Positions 29,822-39,397 of a DNA stretch of 64,000 bases are shown here, piece by piece (positions within the stretch are counted from its first letter, which is position 1; every line of letters starts with the position of its first letter). The translations under genes were made by a program, and so were the position numbers. Under the pieces are notes generated by a model. The model had not been told where the DNA came from, did no database searches, and worked only from the letters and a program-made list of their open reading frames with translations. Source of the stretch: Candidatus Bathyarchaeia archaeon (GTDB taxonomy: Archaea; Thermoproteota; CALKCG01; B24); contig JAVZJD010000001.1 of assembly GCA_038870975.1 (NCBI GenBank), positions 128,001 through 192,000 of the forward strand, read 5' to 3'.

Positions 29822-31834
29822 TTAGAATGGGAAGAACCATCGGTATATACCTATTATTCCACCTATGAAGCTTATCGATACGAAGCCTATGGCGAAACCT
29901 GCCGCAATTGGTATACCGTATTCTTCATAGAGTTTAGAGCCACCTATTCTAAGCGTTAGATATTTAAGTATCCATGCTATGAGCGCTGGAAGCCACATTC
30001 CGAAGAATAAGCATGCTTCGCTGAAAGCCATCAAGAAACCTATAGGCTCAAACGGGAACCAGATGAACCTCGCGTGAAGATATGATATAGCACCTAACGC
30101 TATGAAACCCATAGCGAATATATGAACCCAAGGATCTGTCCCCGGAAGTCTATTCCAATTATCTGGATTGGCACATCTCTCTAGAGGCGGTGAAGAAGCA
30201 GAGATGCCCCACCCGACTCTAGCACCACCGAACAAGTGAAAGCCCCAAATGTAAGTGATAGTGCTTATTAATGGTGTAATGGCTTGAACTACTATGAGTA
30301 CTTTAAATACATTTCTCGTATCGACTTTAAGTAAGTCTGCGAGTTTGTATGATGCAAAAGCCGAGAAGTATGAGCCTGCATTTTGATTCTCTGGGCAGTC
30401 CACATTAAATTCGCTGAGGTGAGCAGCCATGACGAAGCCTGGGTACTCTGTGATTGGTTCGGGTGCTCTAGGCCATAATAAGAGCCTATAGAGAGCATGT
30501 CCATGTTCAGCAGCTCTTATGTATGTTCCAGTCATACCCCATATTCTTGTCTTGGTCGTCCAGAAGACAAATATTGTTATAGGTAGTAAGAGTGCCTCTA
30601 CGGGGCCCATACCGGCCACCATCCACACAACCATTATAAGAATCAATCCGCCTATAAATAGTATCCAAGCAACTCTATAAGATGTTGGTTCGCCTTTTTC
30701 AAACTCTTTATACGCTCCAGTTGCTGCTCGAAGAGTATCTCTAATATAGCGCCATCTTATGAGTAGGTAGAAGAAGGTTAAAGCAACCATTCCCCCAGAT
30801 GCAAAGGCATTCCACTTAAACGGTTCATCCATTCTAACGTTTACTGGACCCCAACATCTACAGCATCCTGTTGGCTCATCCCTTAGACCAGTGTAGTAGC
30901 CCATGATATACGCAACTTGCATTAGAATGAGGTATACAAAGTACCAGAACCATATATTGAATATTATACTTAATGGAGCTAGATACATGACACTGACGGC
31001 AATTGGATGCTTATTGACCATTGTTATTCCGACAAGCTCCCAGAATGGAGTACCCGAAAGACTTGTTATTGAGCCGTGTCCACACGTATTTGTCCTCCAT
31101 GCGTAAATGTCTGGAAACCATGGAAACAGATACGTTAAGAGGATTGGAAGATTGAATATTATTCCGAGCAGTATACCTATGCTAAATGGCGACGTGGGAG
31201 TTAATTTGAACTTTGGTTTCTCAGGTGTAGGCATTCTCCTAATGGCTTCATAGAGTATCATGGCCTGTTGGAAAGGTACTCTTTCAACTTCTATCCAGTC
31301 TTTCCTCAAAATGGTAGCGGCGGCCGTTAGGAAAAGCGCTACGCCATAGAGGTATAGCCACCAAAAGACTATGAAAGGGAGCCATGCATCCCATGGGACA
31401 GCCGCACCTCCCGTTAACATAGGACGGCAGAATTCGATGTCTGGAGCTACAAACGTCGGAAATAATCTCGCAGCTTCAGTAGGATAGGAAAGCCTTGTCC
31501 CTATAAAGGCACCATAAGCTTGCCATGGTAGGCCAGTAGGCGATATAAACCATGCTACACATGAGCCCACTACGAACAGATAAACCATATTCTCCTTTGT
31601 GAGTTTAGATGCAAGCCACTTAGAGCCTGTTAGTTGCGTCAGACCTCCTAGAAGAATATGTAATATGTAGAAGGATGTGGCAAATGCTATGCTACATAGT
31701 ATTATACCTAAACTGTAGAAACTTCGCATGTTTCCAGTCAACATAACCCATAATCCACCTATGAAGGTCAGTACTACCGTCGCTGAAATTATAGGAATCC
31801 AGGGAACTTTGCCGACTCTTATCTCTTCGCTCAT
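29822..31834 (-). CDS. Large polytopic membrane protein (DUF6785/DUF6784, OPT-like)
   Basis: Many TM segments, with VPWDAWLP, WIEVERVPF, RFIWFPFEPIG and W.LKYL.LRIGG..LY..P.AAG patterns. Start moved to ATG 31834. Confidence 0.65.
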   Translation of the reverse strand: MSEEIRVGKVPWIPIISATVVLTFIGGLWVMLTGNMRSFYSLGIILCSIAFATSFYILHILLGGLTQLTGSKWLASKLTKENMVYLFVVGSCVAWFISPTGLPWQAYGAFIGTRLSYPTEAARLFPTFVAPDIEFCRPMLTGGAAVPWDAWLPFIVFWWLYLYGVALFLTAAATILRKDWIEVERVPFQQAMILYEAIRRMPTPEKPKFKLTPTSPFSIGILLGIIFNLPILLTYLFPWFPDIYAWRTNTCGHGSITSLSGTPFWELVGITMVNKHPIAVSVMYLAPLSIIFNIWFWYFVYLILMQVAYIMGYYTGLRDEPTGCCRCWGPVNVRMDEPFKWNAFASGGMVALTFFYLLIRWRYIRDTLRAATGAYKEFEKGEPTSYRVAWILFIGGLILIMVVWMVAGMGPVEALLLPITIFVFWTTKTRIWGMTGTYIRAAEHGHALYRLLLWPRAPEPITEYPGFVMAAHLSEFNVDCPENQNAGSYFSAFASYKLADLLKVDTRNVFKVLIVVQAITPLISTITYIWGFHLFGGARVGWGISASSPPLERCANPDNWNRLPGTDPWVHIFAMGFIALGAISYLHARFIWFPFEPIGFLMAFSEACLFFGMWLPALIAWILKYLTLRIGGSKLYEEYGIPIAAGFAIGFVSISFIGGIIGIYRWFFPF

Positions 31835-32161
31835 CTTTCCCACCGAAGAAAGGTTACTATTGAGGATGTATTTAAAAGTTAACATGGAACCTTTCTATAT
31901 TCACACGCCGCAGTTTAAGATTTTTGCTTGAAAATTAGAGTTTGAAAAATTCTCAATAATTCACTTGTTTCAGCATTATTAAGAGCTTACCCGCGCCAAG
32001 AATCAGGGTTCTAAGATTAGAGGATTTAACAAAAACCTTTCTAATTTAAAAAGTTGAAATGGAAGCACCATACATCAATATATGGCATCCGACAGGTATT
32101 CTACAGAATAATCTTGACTAAGTTTAACTAAGCTACCTCTCCCATGAGGAGAATGAATTCC

Positions 32162-33502
32162 TCAGAAAAATGTAAGCTTTCTTTGATGTAGAACCTGTTT
32201 AAGTAAAGTGCTTTTACGTATCCATACATCCCTCGGTATACTAAGTTTAGAGAATAGGTATTCAAGAGCGTCTTCAAGCTTGTTGAACTTTAGAGGAGGC
32301 CTTCTAAGGGCATTTCTAACGTTTTCCCTAACCTGCCAGACGCCGACTGGCATTATATACCCTGGATGCGCCTCCCTAAGTACCAATATTGAGGCTTGAC
32401 GTCGTTCTGCAACAAGCCTTTCCGTGACAGCAAGTCTAGCTGCATAGTAGCATCCACCCATGTCAGCATATGTAGTCCTCCCATAGAAGCCTTCATAATC
32501 ACCAAACATAACTACTCTATCTCCCCGAGGATTCCAGACGGTTCCTGGATACCACGCTTCTATGCTTTCATAACTCCAAGCGTCTGGAATCATAAGTATT
32601 TCAAACCTATTATCTAAGTAGTCAGATTCATACACCCTATATTCGTTTATAATCGGGTTTTCTCTAACATTTTCCATTAAAGCATTTGAAATTATACTAT
32701 CAACAGCCGTTATACTCCATCTAGTCGGTACAAGTCTTCTACGTTTATACTCTCCAAAGACTCCTACGCTGAAGGCCCTCTGGATTTTGGAAACAGGCAC
32801 ACTATTCTTATAAAGCTCTAAAACAGCGTCCGAAGCTTTCAAATCGTAGTCATTATAGGCTTTTTCAATCCTGTAATCTATTTTGAGAGAACCAATTTTA
32901 AGCGACTCCACTGGAGCTGAGGCCCCGAAAGGCTGAACTTCATCATCAACTAGAAAAACGCCACTCGGCTTCCTTCTGAAAAACATCTCGACTTCAACTG
33001 GCAGGTTTGAAATTGCTAAATCTCTAACTTCATCTAGAAGTCTATTCGAGCCGATTGGCTGATCAACTCTAACCTTAAAATTGCCTCTAATGAGACTCAA
33101 TCTGATTTCAGCGATCTCATCTATAGACTTTCCAAACCAAAGCTCAGGGGTATCCATTATAGAGGTGTCTCCATGAACTGGAGGAGTTAAAGGTCCAACG
33201 AATACGTATGGATATCCAAATCTACCCACGAATACAGAGGGTGGACTTGACCCATCTAGATTCAAACCTTTGATTTTAACCAGAGTTTTAACATAGTGGT
33301 AGAGCCTCACAATTATTGGACATCTAGATTTGCCACATAGCATTCTAGCCCCCTTACATAGAACGCACAAACTACCGTTCGGAACTTTATAAGAAATATC
33401 CACCTCACTCGGATTCAACTCAGCTATCAGCTTAGGTTCAGCTATAAGATTTGCAAGGTCTAAGCCAAATTTAGACCTTGAAAACACTGTAACTTTACCC
33501 AT
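32162..33502 (-). CDS. nreA: DNA repair protein NreA
   Basis: C4 Zn motif CVLCKG..LCG..RCP, SPPSVFVG, LVPTRWSITAVD, GGCYYA and a C-terminal PIP box QRKLTFF. Confidence 0.93.
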   Translation of the reverse strand: MGKVTVFSRSKFGLDLANLIAEPKLIAELNPSEVDISYKVPNGSLCVLCKGARMLCGKSRCPIIVRLYHYVKTLVKIKGLNLDGSSPPSVFVGRFGYPYVFVGPLTPPVHGDTSIMDTPELWFGKSIDEIAEIRLSLIRGNFKVRVDQPIGSNRLLDEVRDLAISNLPVEVEMFFRRKPSGVFLVDDEVQPFGASAPVESLKIGSLKIDYRIEKAYNDYDLKASDAVLELYKNSVPVSKIQRAFSVGVFGEYKRRRLVPTRWSITAVDSIISNALMENVRENPIINEYRVYESDYLDNRFEILMIPDAWSYESIEAWYPGTVWNPRGDRVVMFGDYEGFYGRTTYADMGGCYYAARLAVTERLVAERRQASILVLREAHPGYIMPVGVWQVRENVRNALRRPPLKFNKLEDALEYLFSKLSIPRDVWIRKSTLLKQVLHQRKLTFF

Positions 33503-33552
33503 TCTTCCACTGGAGAATATTATAATAGGTATGTGTAAAGCCCTTTAAATGT

Positions 33553-34686
33553 TCACTGCTGTTTTTCAAAGTCTTCGAAGCTCATAATTTTAAGATCCTT
33601 AGGCTTCTTAGTGATGTCTGAGATTCTACAACCTATTAGTAGGCTTATACCTTTCTCAGAGGCTATATCTACAATTCTCTGGGTAATAACGCCGTCGAAT
33701 ACCACTGCCATAACACCATCCATGTTTTTAAGCTCTTCCGCTAGACTGCTTACAGGTATTCGTGCAACAACATCCATATTGCTGTTAAAGAGTACAGCCT
33801 CTAGACTATTTCGGAGCTCTTCAATTGTTGCCTTAATACGATCCATGGGGATGGTAAGCTCAGCTGTTTCAGTAGGAGGTTTTTTAGCTTTATCAAGTAA
33901 CTCCAAAATCTCTTTAGGTGTTAAATCTTCCACTTCCATATTGGGCGGTGCTCTAACAACATACGTTATTGGGATCGTTTGCATAAGCTCTTTGAGTATC
34001 AGATCTCCGCCTCTATCTCCATCCAAGAATACTGTAACCTCCTTCTTCGTCTTCGCAAGTTTTATAACGCTTTCAGGTATCTTAACACCCTCAATTGCTA
34101 TAACGTTTCTTATTCCAGCTCTGAGTAAAGCTAAAACATCCGCACGCCCCTCAACTATGATTATAGAGTCCGAAGATTTTACATCTGGTCCTGCTGGTAG
34201 TTCCTCAGGACCGTATTTGACAACTTCATACTCTCTAGATTCTTCTAGGAGTTTCTTAAGTAACTTCTCCGTGTCAGATGCTAATTCCATATCCCACTTT
34301 CTCAAGATTTCACGAGATCTTTCAATTATACGTTTTCTCTTAATTTCCCGTAAATCTTCAATTTTCTCTAAAGATACTTTAGCATTGCAAGGTCCAATCC
34401 TCTCAATACTTTCAAGTGCAGCGGCTATAAGTGCAACCGAGGCTCTGTCTAAGCTGGTTGGAATTATTATCCTACCCTGTGTTTTATCCTGTTTAGTGGA
34501 TAGCTGGATTTCTATTCTACCTATCCTACCAGTTTTCTGCAACTCTCTAAGCTCAAGCTCAGGTCCGAAAAGCCCCTCAGTCTGGCCGAATATGGCACCT
34601 ACTACATCAGGTTTTTCAACAATTCCATCCACTTCAAACTTAGCGTAAATAACATATTTAGTTGTTCCAGGTTGAGTTTGCTCCAT
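33553..34686 (-). CDS. dnaG: Archaeal DnaG-like protein (exosome-associated)
   Basis: KPDVVGAIFGQTEGL, IIVEGRADV, DGDRGG, FDGVITQR. Confidence 0.96.
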   Translation of the reverse strand: MEQTQPGTTKYVIYAKFEVDGIVEKPDVVGAIFGQTEGLFGPELELRELQKTGRIGRIEIQLSTKQDKTQGRIIIPTSLDRASVALIAAALESIERIGPCNAKVSLEKIEDLREIKRKRIIERSREILRKWDMELASDTEKLLKKLLEESREYEVVKYGPEELPAGPDVKSSDSIIIVEGRADVLALLRAGIRNVIAIEGVKIPESVIKLAKTKKEVTVFLDGDRGGDLILKELMQTIPITYVVRAPPNMEVEDLTPKEILELLDKAKKPPTETAELTIPMDRIKATIEELRNSLEAVLFNSNMDVVARIPVSSLAEELKNMDGVMAVVFDGVITQRIVDIASEKGISLLIGCRISDITKKPKDLKIMSFEDFEKQQ

Positions 34687-34772
34687 GACTTACAACACCT
34701 CAAACTTTTTAAGCCTTCATAAAATATGAATAAGCCAACATATTAAGATTTCAGGTTTTTTAATTTTTAATA

Positions 34773-35861
34773 CTAAAACTCTGAAAAACGGTTAAAAGGC
34801 GACGTTATAAATAGACCTATGAGAAAACCAGCTACCATATCTGAAAACCAATGGTTTCCGAGAGCTAAAGCTTCAAAAACTGTTAAAACAGACAACGCGT
34901 AGATAGAACCAGACAACCATTTAGAGGAATTGTAAAAGAAACCCGTAAAGGTGCCAGCCCATGTAGCATGATTGCTTGGAAAACTATAATCTTGCTTGAT
35001 TGCAGTCGGTGGCCTATGTCTCCTGAAGGAATTCTTAATACAGCTAACTAGTGTGAAAGTACTAAGCGTAAGCGTTGTCAGAATTAGAATACCATTCAGT
35101 TTTCCACGTTTAATTAGCGTGAAAAAAGCGATTGCAAAATACGTCAGAGGTAGAATCGTATCGAAAATTACAAGCAAAGGTGTGAGAGAGCTTACTGGGG
35201 TGTTTAACCATAGTTCTCTTATGGTTAAATACATGGAGATATCTAGTCCTTCTATAAGATTCTTTAGAGTTAAGTTTAAGCCTATATGTTTAGAGCCATA
35301 AGTGAGCATACCTGCAGTAAGCGGTACTGATACATTATCATCGATCTTAAGAATCAAAGCTTCTACTATGCTAGAGGCTGAACATGCTACAAGTACAGTA
35401 TAGGGTTCATAAAAAAGGCTCACGGCTAATGTAGCTAATGTGAAGCCCGCTAGAGATGTTTTAATTCGCCAGAGATTTTTTGAATCCTTCGGTACTCCAA
35501 TCCTTAGAATACCAGTAAATCCATCACCTAAACCAGTTATCAGCACAGCTATTGACGCCTCTTCAAATGGTAAAACGCCCATTAAAACCAATACGGATAG
35601 GCCCAAGAATAATGGAGACTTTGCTATGCACCTTTTTTCTCTATTATTGAGTAAATGTCTATAGAGCTTAGTTAGAGGTGTCGTAAAGCCTTTAAGTCTC
35701 ATGTATTCGTTCAGGAGATACGTCATTAATAGGGTAGCTGAAAGAAGCGAACCCAAGGTGACGCCGAAGACGCCGTATATGATTACTGATGCTATACATA
35801 AAGTTATGTGGACGGCCTCCCTTAGAAATTTATATAGTACATCGGCTACTTCATCCTTCAA
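34773..35861 (-). CDS. Polyprenol (dolichol/phytol) kinase-like domain fused to a PAP2 phosphatase domain
   Basis: N-terminal half: REAVH, GDG, KT, VEA, DDNVSVP. C-terminal half: KNSFRRHRP, SFPSNH, H(WFS)D. Confidence 0.72.
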   Translation of the reverse strand: MKDEVADVLYKFLREAVHITLCIASVIIYGVFGVTLGSLLSATLLMTYLLNEYMRLKGFTTPLTKLYRHLLNNREKRCIAKSPLFLGLSVLVLMGVLPFEEASIAVLITGLGDGFTGILRIGVPKDSKNLWRIKTSLAGFTLATLAVSLFYEPYTVLVACSASSIVEALILKIDDNVSVPLTAGMLTYGSKHIGLNLTLKNLIEGLDISMYLTIRELWLNTPVSSLTPLLVIFDTILPLTYFAIAFFTLIKRGKLNGILILTTLTLSTFTLVSCIKNSFRRHRPPTAIKQDYSFPSNHATWAGTFTGFFYNSSKWLSGSIYALSVLTVFEALALGNHWFSDMVAGFLIGLFITSPFNRFSEF

Positions 35862-35867
35862 AGTATT

Positions 35868-36287
35868 TTACTCACCCATCACTTGGACTACTACCGTTCT
35901 ATTTCTTGGATGCGTATCAGCCTCTACGAATATTATAGACTGCCACATACCAAGGAGAAGCTTACCATCCATTACAGGCACGGTTTTAGATGGGTTTATG
36001 AGTATAGATCTCAGATGGGAATGTGCATTCACGGGATGCTCATATATTCCTTTTTTAGGGGCTAAACGTTCAAGAAGGGCTTCAAAGTCTCTGAGCAAGT
36101 CTGAAGTATATTCATTTAATGTTATAAGCGCCGTAGCATGAGGGGCAAAAATGTGGACTAAACCATTTCTAACTCCGGATTTTCTGACAATATCGGCTAT
36201 TCTATCTGTCAAATCTATGAAGTCTACTTCCCCTTTAGTGTTAAATCTTATCGTTTCGACATATACTCTCAAACCTTTACTGTTCAT
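35868..36287 (-). CDS. YjbQ/UPF0047 family protein
   Basis: HATA..TLNE, YEH..NAHSHLR, LGMWQ.I..VE.D. Confidence 0.92.
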   Translation of the reverse strand: MNSKGLRVYVETIRFNTKGEVDFIDLTDRIADIVRKSGVRNGLVHIFAPHATALITLNEYTSDLLRDFEALLERLAPKKGIYEHPVNAHSHLRSILINPSKTVPVMDGKLLLGMWQSIIFVEADTHPRNRTVVVQVMGE

Positions 36288-36434
36288 AATTTTTAATATT
36301 TACCGTTTGACACTTTAACTTTAACTCTTCAAATCGATCTCTGCCAACACTCCATTTTCACCACACACTTAATACGTCAAGATTTATATTGTTCTAATCT
36401 CTCCACCTATAGATAGCGGGAGGTCTGGTCTTAA

Positions 36435-36749
36435 CTGGGCAAGAGAAAAGTCATCAGCGAAGAAGAAATTAAAACTCTTGTACTACCTAGTCCAGGTGAA
36501 GTTTTAGGAATAGTTGAGAAGCTCCTCGGCTACGATAGGCTTGTCGTTCGATGCGTAGACGGACATACAAGATTGTGTAGAATTAGAGGAAAGATGAAGC
36601 GTAAAGTTTGGATTAAAGAGGGTGATGTAGTGCTCGTTTCACCTTGGGATTTTCAATCCGATGCTAGAGGAGATGTGACATGGCGTTACACGTATAATCA
36701 AGTAGACTGGCTTGCCAAAAATGGATACATTCCTCAAGACTGGGTGTAG
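36435..36749 (+). CDS. eif1a: Translation initiation factor aIF-1A (CTG start)
   Basis: Missing from the ORF track. Translates as (M)GKRKVISEEEIKTLVLPSPGEVLGIVEKLLGYDRLVVRCVDGHTRLCRIRGKMKRKVWIKEGDVVLVSPWDFQSDARGDVTWRY..., 104 aa. Canonical position upstream of rio1. Confidence 0.96.
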   Translation: MGKRKVISEEEIKTLVLPSPGEVLGIVEKLLGYDRLVVRCVDGHTRLCRIRGKMKRKVWIKEGDVVLVSPWDFQSDARGDVTWRYTYNQVDWLAKNGYIPQDWV

Positions 36750-36775
36750 AGAGTAGATTGTAGAAGGTTTGTAAT

Positions 36776-37567
36776 TTGGAGAAAGAAGATTTTCTTAAAC
36801 ATGAGAAGAAACTTCTTCTTAGAGAAAAGAGATATATAGTTGAACAGCTTTTCAAAGTTAAACGCTCTGAAGAATATGAGGCTCTTGAGGAAGTTTTCGA
36901 TAAGCCTACTCTTTTAACTCTCTATAATATGATTAGACAGGGAACGATCTCTGAAATATATGGTGCTATTAAGGCTGGAAAGGAGAGTAAAATATTTTGG
37001 GCAAAGGGTCCGGAGAATGAAGACTTAGCTGTGAAAATCTACCTGACAGTCGCATCCGAGTTTAGAACAGGTATGCTTATGTATATAGAGGGTGATCCGA
37101 GGTTTAAAAACGTAAAGAGGGATCGGCGGGGACTTATTTATCAGTGGGCTCTAAAGGAATTTAAAAACCTTAAAGAAGCTTACGACTGCAATATAAGAGT
37201 GCCCAAACCTGTTACGGTTAAAAATAACATTTTAGTTATGGAGTTCATAGGACATAAAGGTGTACCAGCCCCACTTATAAAAGACGTTGAAATAAAAAAT
37301 CCAACAAGAATTTACAAGATGATACTGAACGACATTAGAAAGCTGTATAGGGAGGCTAAACTCGTCCATGGAGACCTCAGCGAATACAACGTCATGTATT
37401 GGAAGGGCTTACCTTACATGATAGATTTATCACAGGCGGTTTCACTCGACCATCCTCTAAGTCATGAGTTTTTGAAGAGGGATATTAAAAACATTAACAG
37501 GTTTTTTAGAAGACTAGGAGTTGATACTTTAGATGACGACGAGCTCTATGAATGGATAATTTCTTAA
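36776..37567 (+). CDS. rio1: RIO1-type serine/threonine kinase
   Basis: GKES, AVKIY, LVMEFIG, VHGDLSEYN, IDLSQAV. Confidence 0.95.
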   Translation: MEKEDFLKHEKKLLLREKRYIVEQLFKVKRSEEYEALEEVFDKPTLLTLYNMIRQGTISEIYGAIKAGKESKIFWAKGPENEDLAVKIYLTVASEFRTGMLMYIEGDPRFKNVKRDRRGLIYQWALKEFKNLKEAYDCNIRVPKPVTVKNNILVMEFIGHKGVPAPLIKDVEIKNPTRIYKMILNDIRKLYREAKLVHGDLSEYNVMYWKGLPYMIDLSQAVSLDHPLSHEFLKRDIKNINRFFRRLGVDTLDDDELYEWIIS

Positions 37568-37599
37568 TCTTTTTCTTAAAGTATAAATAATAATTAGTT

Positions 37600-39027
37600 T
37601 TGAAGGGGGAAAGTTTGGACATCAATTCCACACAACCTTCTTTTGGAACCGCTGGGATAAGGGGGATAGCTAATAGGGATTTAACTCCCCAGTTAGCTAT
37701 TAAAATCGGCCTTTGCATGGCTAGATACCTTGGAGCCGATAGACGTGTTCTAGTTGGTAGAGACACTAGAGTATCATCTGATATGATTGCAATGGCCGTT
37801 ATATCTGGTCTCCTAAGCGGAGGATGCAATGTTGAAGACTTAGGAATTGTTGCAACACCAGCTTTATCCTTCGCGATTAAAACGTTAAAAGCAGATGGAG
37901 GGGTTATGATAACCGCATCCCATAATCCGCCTGAGTGGAACGGAATTAAACTATGGAATTCCGATGGAACGATATTCACAAGAAGGCAAGATAGGGAAAT
38001 TGAGGAGCTACTATATGATTATGAGGGCTATCATGTATCTTGGAGTAGAATAGGTAGTTTTAGGAGGATAGAGGGCATTCCAGATCTCTATGTGAGGGCG
38101 ATTTTGAGTAGAATAGATGTAGAAACTGTGAAAAGTAGAAACTATAGTGTTGTCTTAGATTGCGGAGGTGGAGCGACATGCTTCTCCTCTCCAAAATTAC
38201 TGAGAGAGTTAAACTGTGAGCTTACTACTCTGGGCTGTGAACCAGATGGTTTTTTCAGATTAAGGAAACCCGAACCCAGACCTGAAAACTTAACGAAGCT
38301 TATGGAGGTTGTCAAGTCTACATCGTCAGACTTGGGAATTGCACACGATGGAGACGGAGATAGGACTTCATTCGTTGATGAAAACGGCAATTACATTCAA
38401 GGAGATAAGATATTGGCACTCATATGCTTGAATTACCTTAGAAACAAGCCTAGAAGCGTGATTGTTACAACCATAATAACGAGCAATGTGGTATTCGACG
38501 TTGCTGAGAAAATCGGAGCTAAAGTGGTTTTGACACCTGTCGGAGAATCCTGCGTCGTAGAGAAGATGAAGGAAACTGAAGCCGAAATAGGCGGAGAGGA
38601 AAACATAGGTTTGATTGTTAAAGATTGGGTTTGGAGTAGAGAAGGCCTATATGCTGCAGCTTTAGTTTTAGATATAATGGCCAGGGAGAAACGCCCACTT
38701 TCTCAACTCATAAGCGAACTACCGAACTATGAACAGGCTAAAATGAGCGTGAAATGTGATGAAAACATTTATTCACGTATTAAGCATGAAGTAATTAGAG
38801 TTGTAAAAGAAATGTTACCAAGGGACTATGATAAAATCATCACCATAGATGGAATTAAAGTCTACTATGGACGAAGCTGGATATTGATAAGACCATCTGG
38901 TACAGAACCACTCTTCAGAGTTTTCGTCGAAGCAGAAGATAAGACAACACTTGAGAAATTTAAGAAGATTGCTATAGAGGCTACTAACAGTGCTATTCAA
39001 GAACTTTCTGAAAAATTACAGAATTAG
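37600..39027 (+). CDS. Phosphohexomutase (GlmM or PMM/PGM)
   Basis: FGTAGIRG, TASHNP, DGDGDR, GEEN, RPSGTEP. Confidence 0.92.
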   Translation: MKGESLDINSTQPSFGTAGIRGIANRDLTPQLAIKIGLCMARYLGADRRVLVGRDTRVSSDMIAMAVISGLLSGGCNVEDLGIVATPALSFAIKTLKADGGVMITASHNPPEWNGIKLWNSDGTIFTRRQDREIEELLYDYEGYHVSWSRIGSFRRIEGIPDLYVRAILSRIDVETVKSRNYSVVLDCGGGATCFSSPKLLRELNCELTTLGCEPDGFFRLRKPEPRPENLTKLMEVVKSTSSDLGIAHDGDGDRTSFVDENGNYIQGDKILALICLNYLRNKPRSVIVTTIITSNVVFDVAEKIGAKVVLTPVGESCVVEKMKETEAEIGGEENIGLIVKDWVWSREGLYAAALVLDIMAREKRPLSQLISELPNYEQAKMSVKCDENIYSRIKHEVIRVVKEMLPRDYDKIITIDGIKVYYGRSWILIRPSGTEPLFRVFVEAEDKTTLEKFKKIAIEATNSAIQELSEKLQN

Positions 39028-39063
39028 TAAAGCTAAATTAGAAGCTCTTATAGTAATTTAATC

Positions 39064-39393
39064 GGGGGTGGCGGGTTAAGGATCGGGGAGCTAGCCCTGC
39101 CCTGTAACCCGAAACGGGCTATATGCGGGGATCCGTTAACCATCAAAGGCGGCAGCCTGAACAGCCAGATGAGGTTTCACAAGCTAACAATGAGGCTTCG
39201 TCTCGTAGGGCTCGGTTGGAGACAGCCTCCTTGAAGGAGGGGGTGGAGTCTCTCCACCGCCGAACCGGGTCAGGCCGGGAACGGAGCAGCCCTAAGGCGG
39301 GCAACCGAGCGTTTGCGAGGGCGCGGGGTTGAGAAGGCTTGTGAAATACTCGGGCTGGGAGGGTGTCCACTTTGATGGGATGCCGCCATCCCC
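39064..39393 (+). ncRNA. ffs: Archaeal signal recognition particle (7S) RNA
   Basis: GC-rich. 5' GGGGGUGGCGG pairs with 3' CCGCCAUCCCC. Alu UGUAA motif. Helix-5 pairs (CCAUCAAAG/CUUUGAUGG, UUUCACAAGC/GCUUGUGAAA, GCUCGGUUG/CAACCGAGC). Helix 8 CAGG-CCG-GGAA-CGG-AGCAG. Followed by a T tract. Confidence 0.95.
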
Positions 39394-39397
39394 TCTT

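Noticed and set aside
29574-29840. 88-aa ORF between the membrane protein and thiolase
   Set aside because: It overlaps both neighbours and the thiolase promoter region, and has no motifs.
33611-34648. 345-aa plus-strand ORF, and the many other antisense or nested ORFs in the track
   Set aside because: They are shadows of well-supported genes (here dnaG), Ser/Ile-rich and without motifs.
39225-39245. SRP helix 6 seeming to lack the GNAR loop
   Set aside because: An alternative register, GCCUCCUU-GAAG-GAGGGGGU, gives a normal GNAR tetraloop.
39123-39370. Two short ORFs, 39123..39332 (+) and 39143..39370 (-)
   Set aside because: They lie inside the GC-rich SRP RNA gene.
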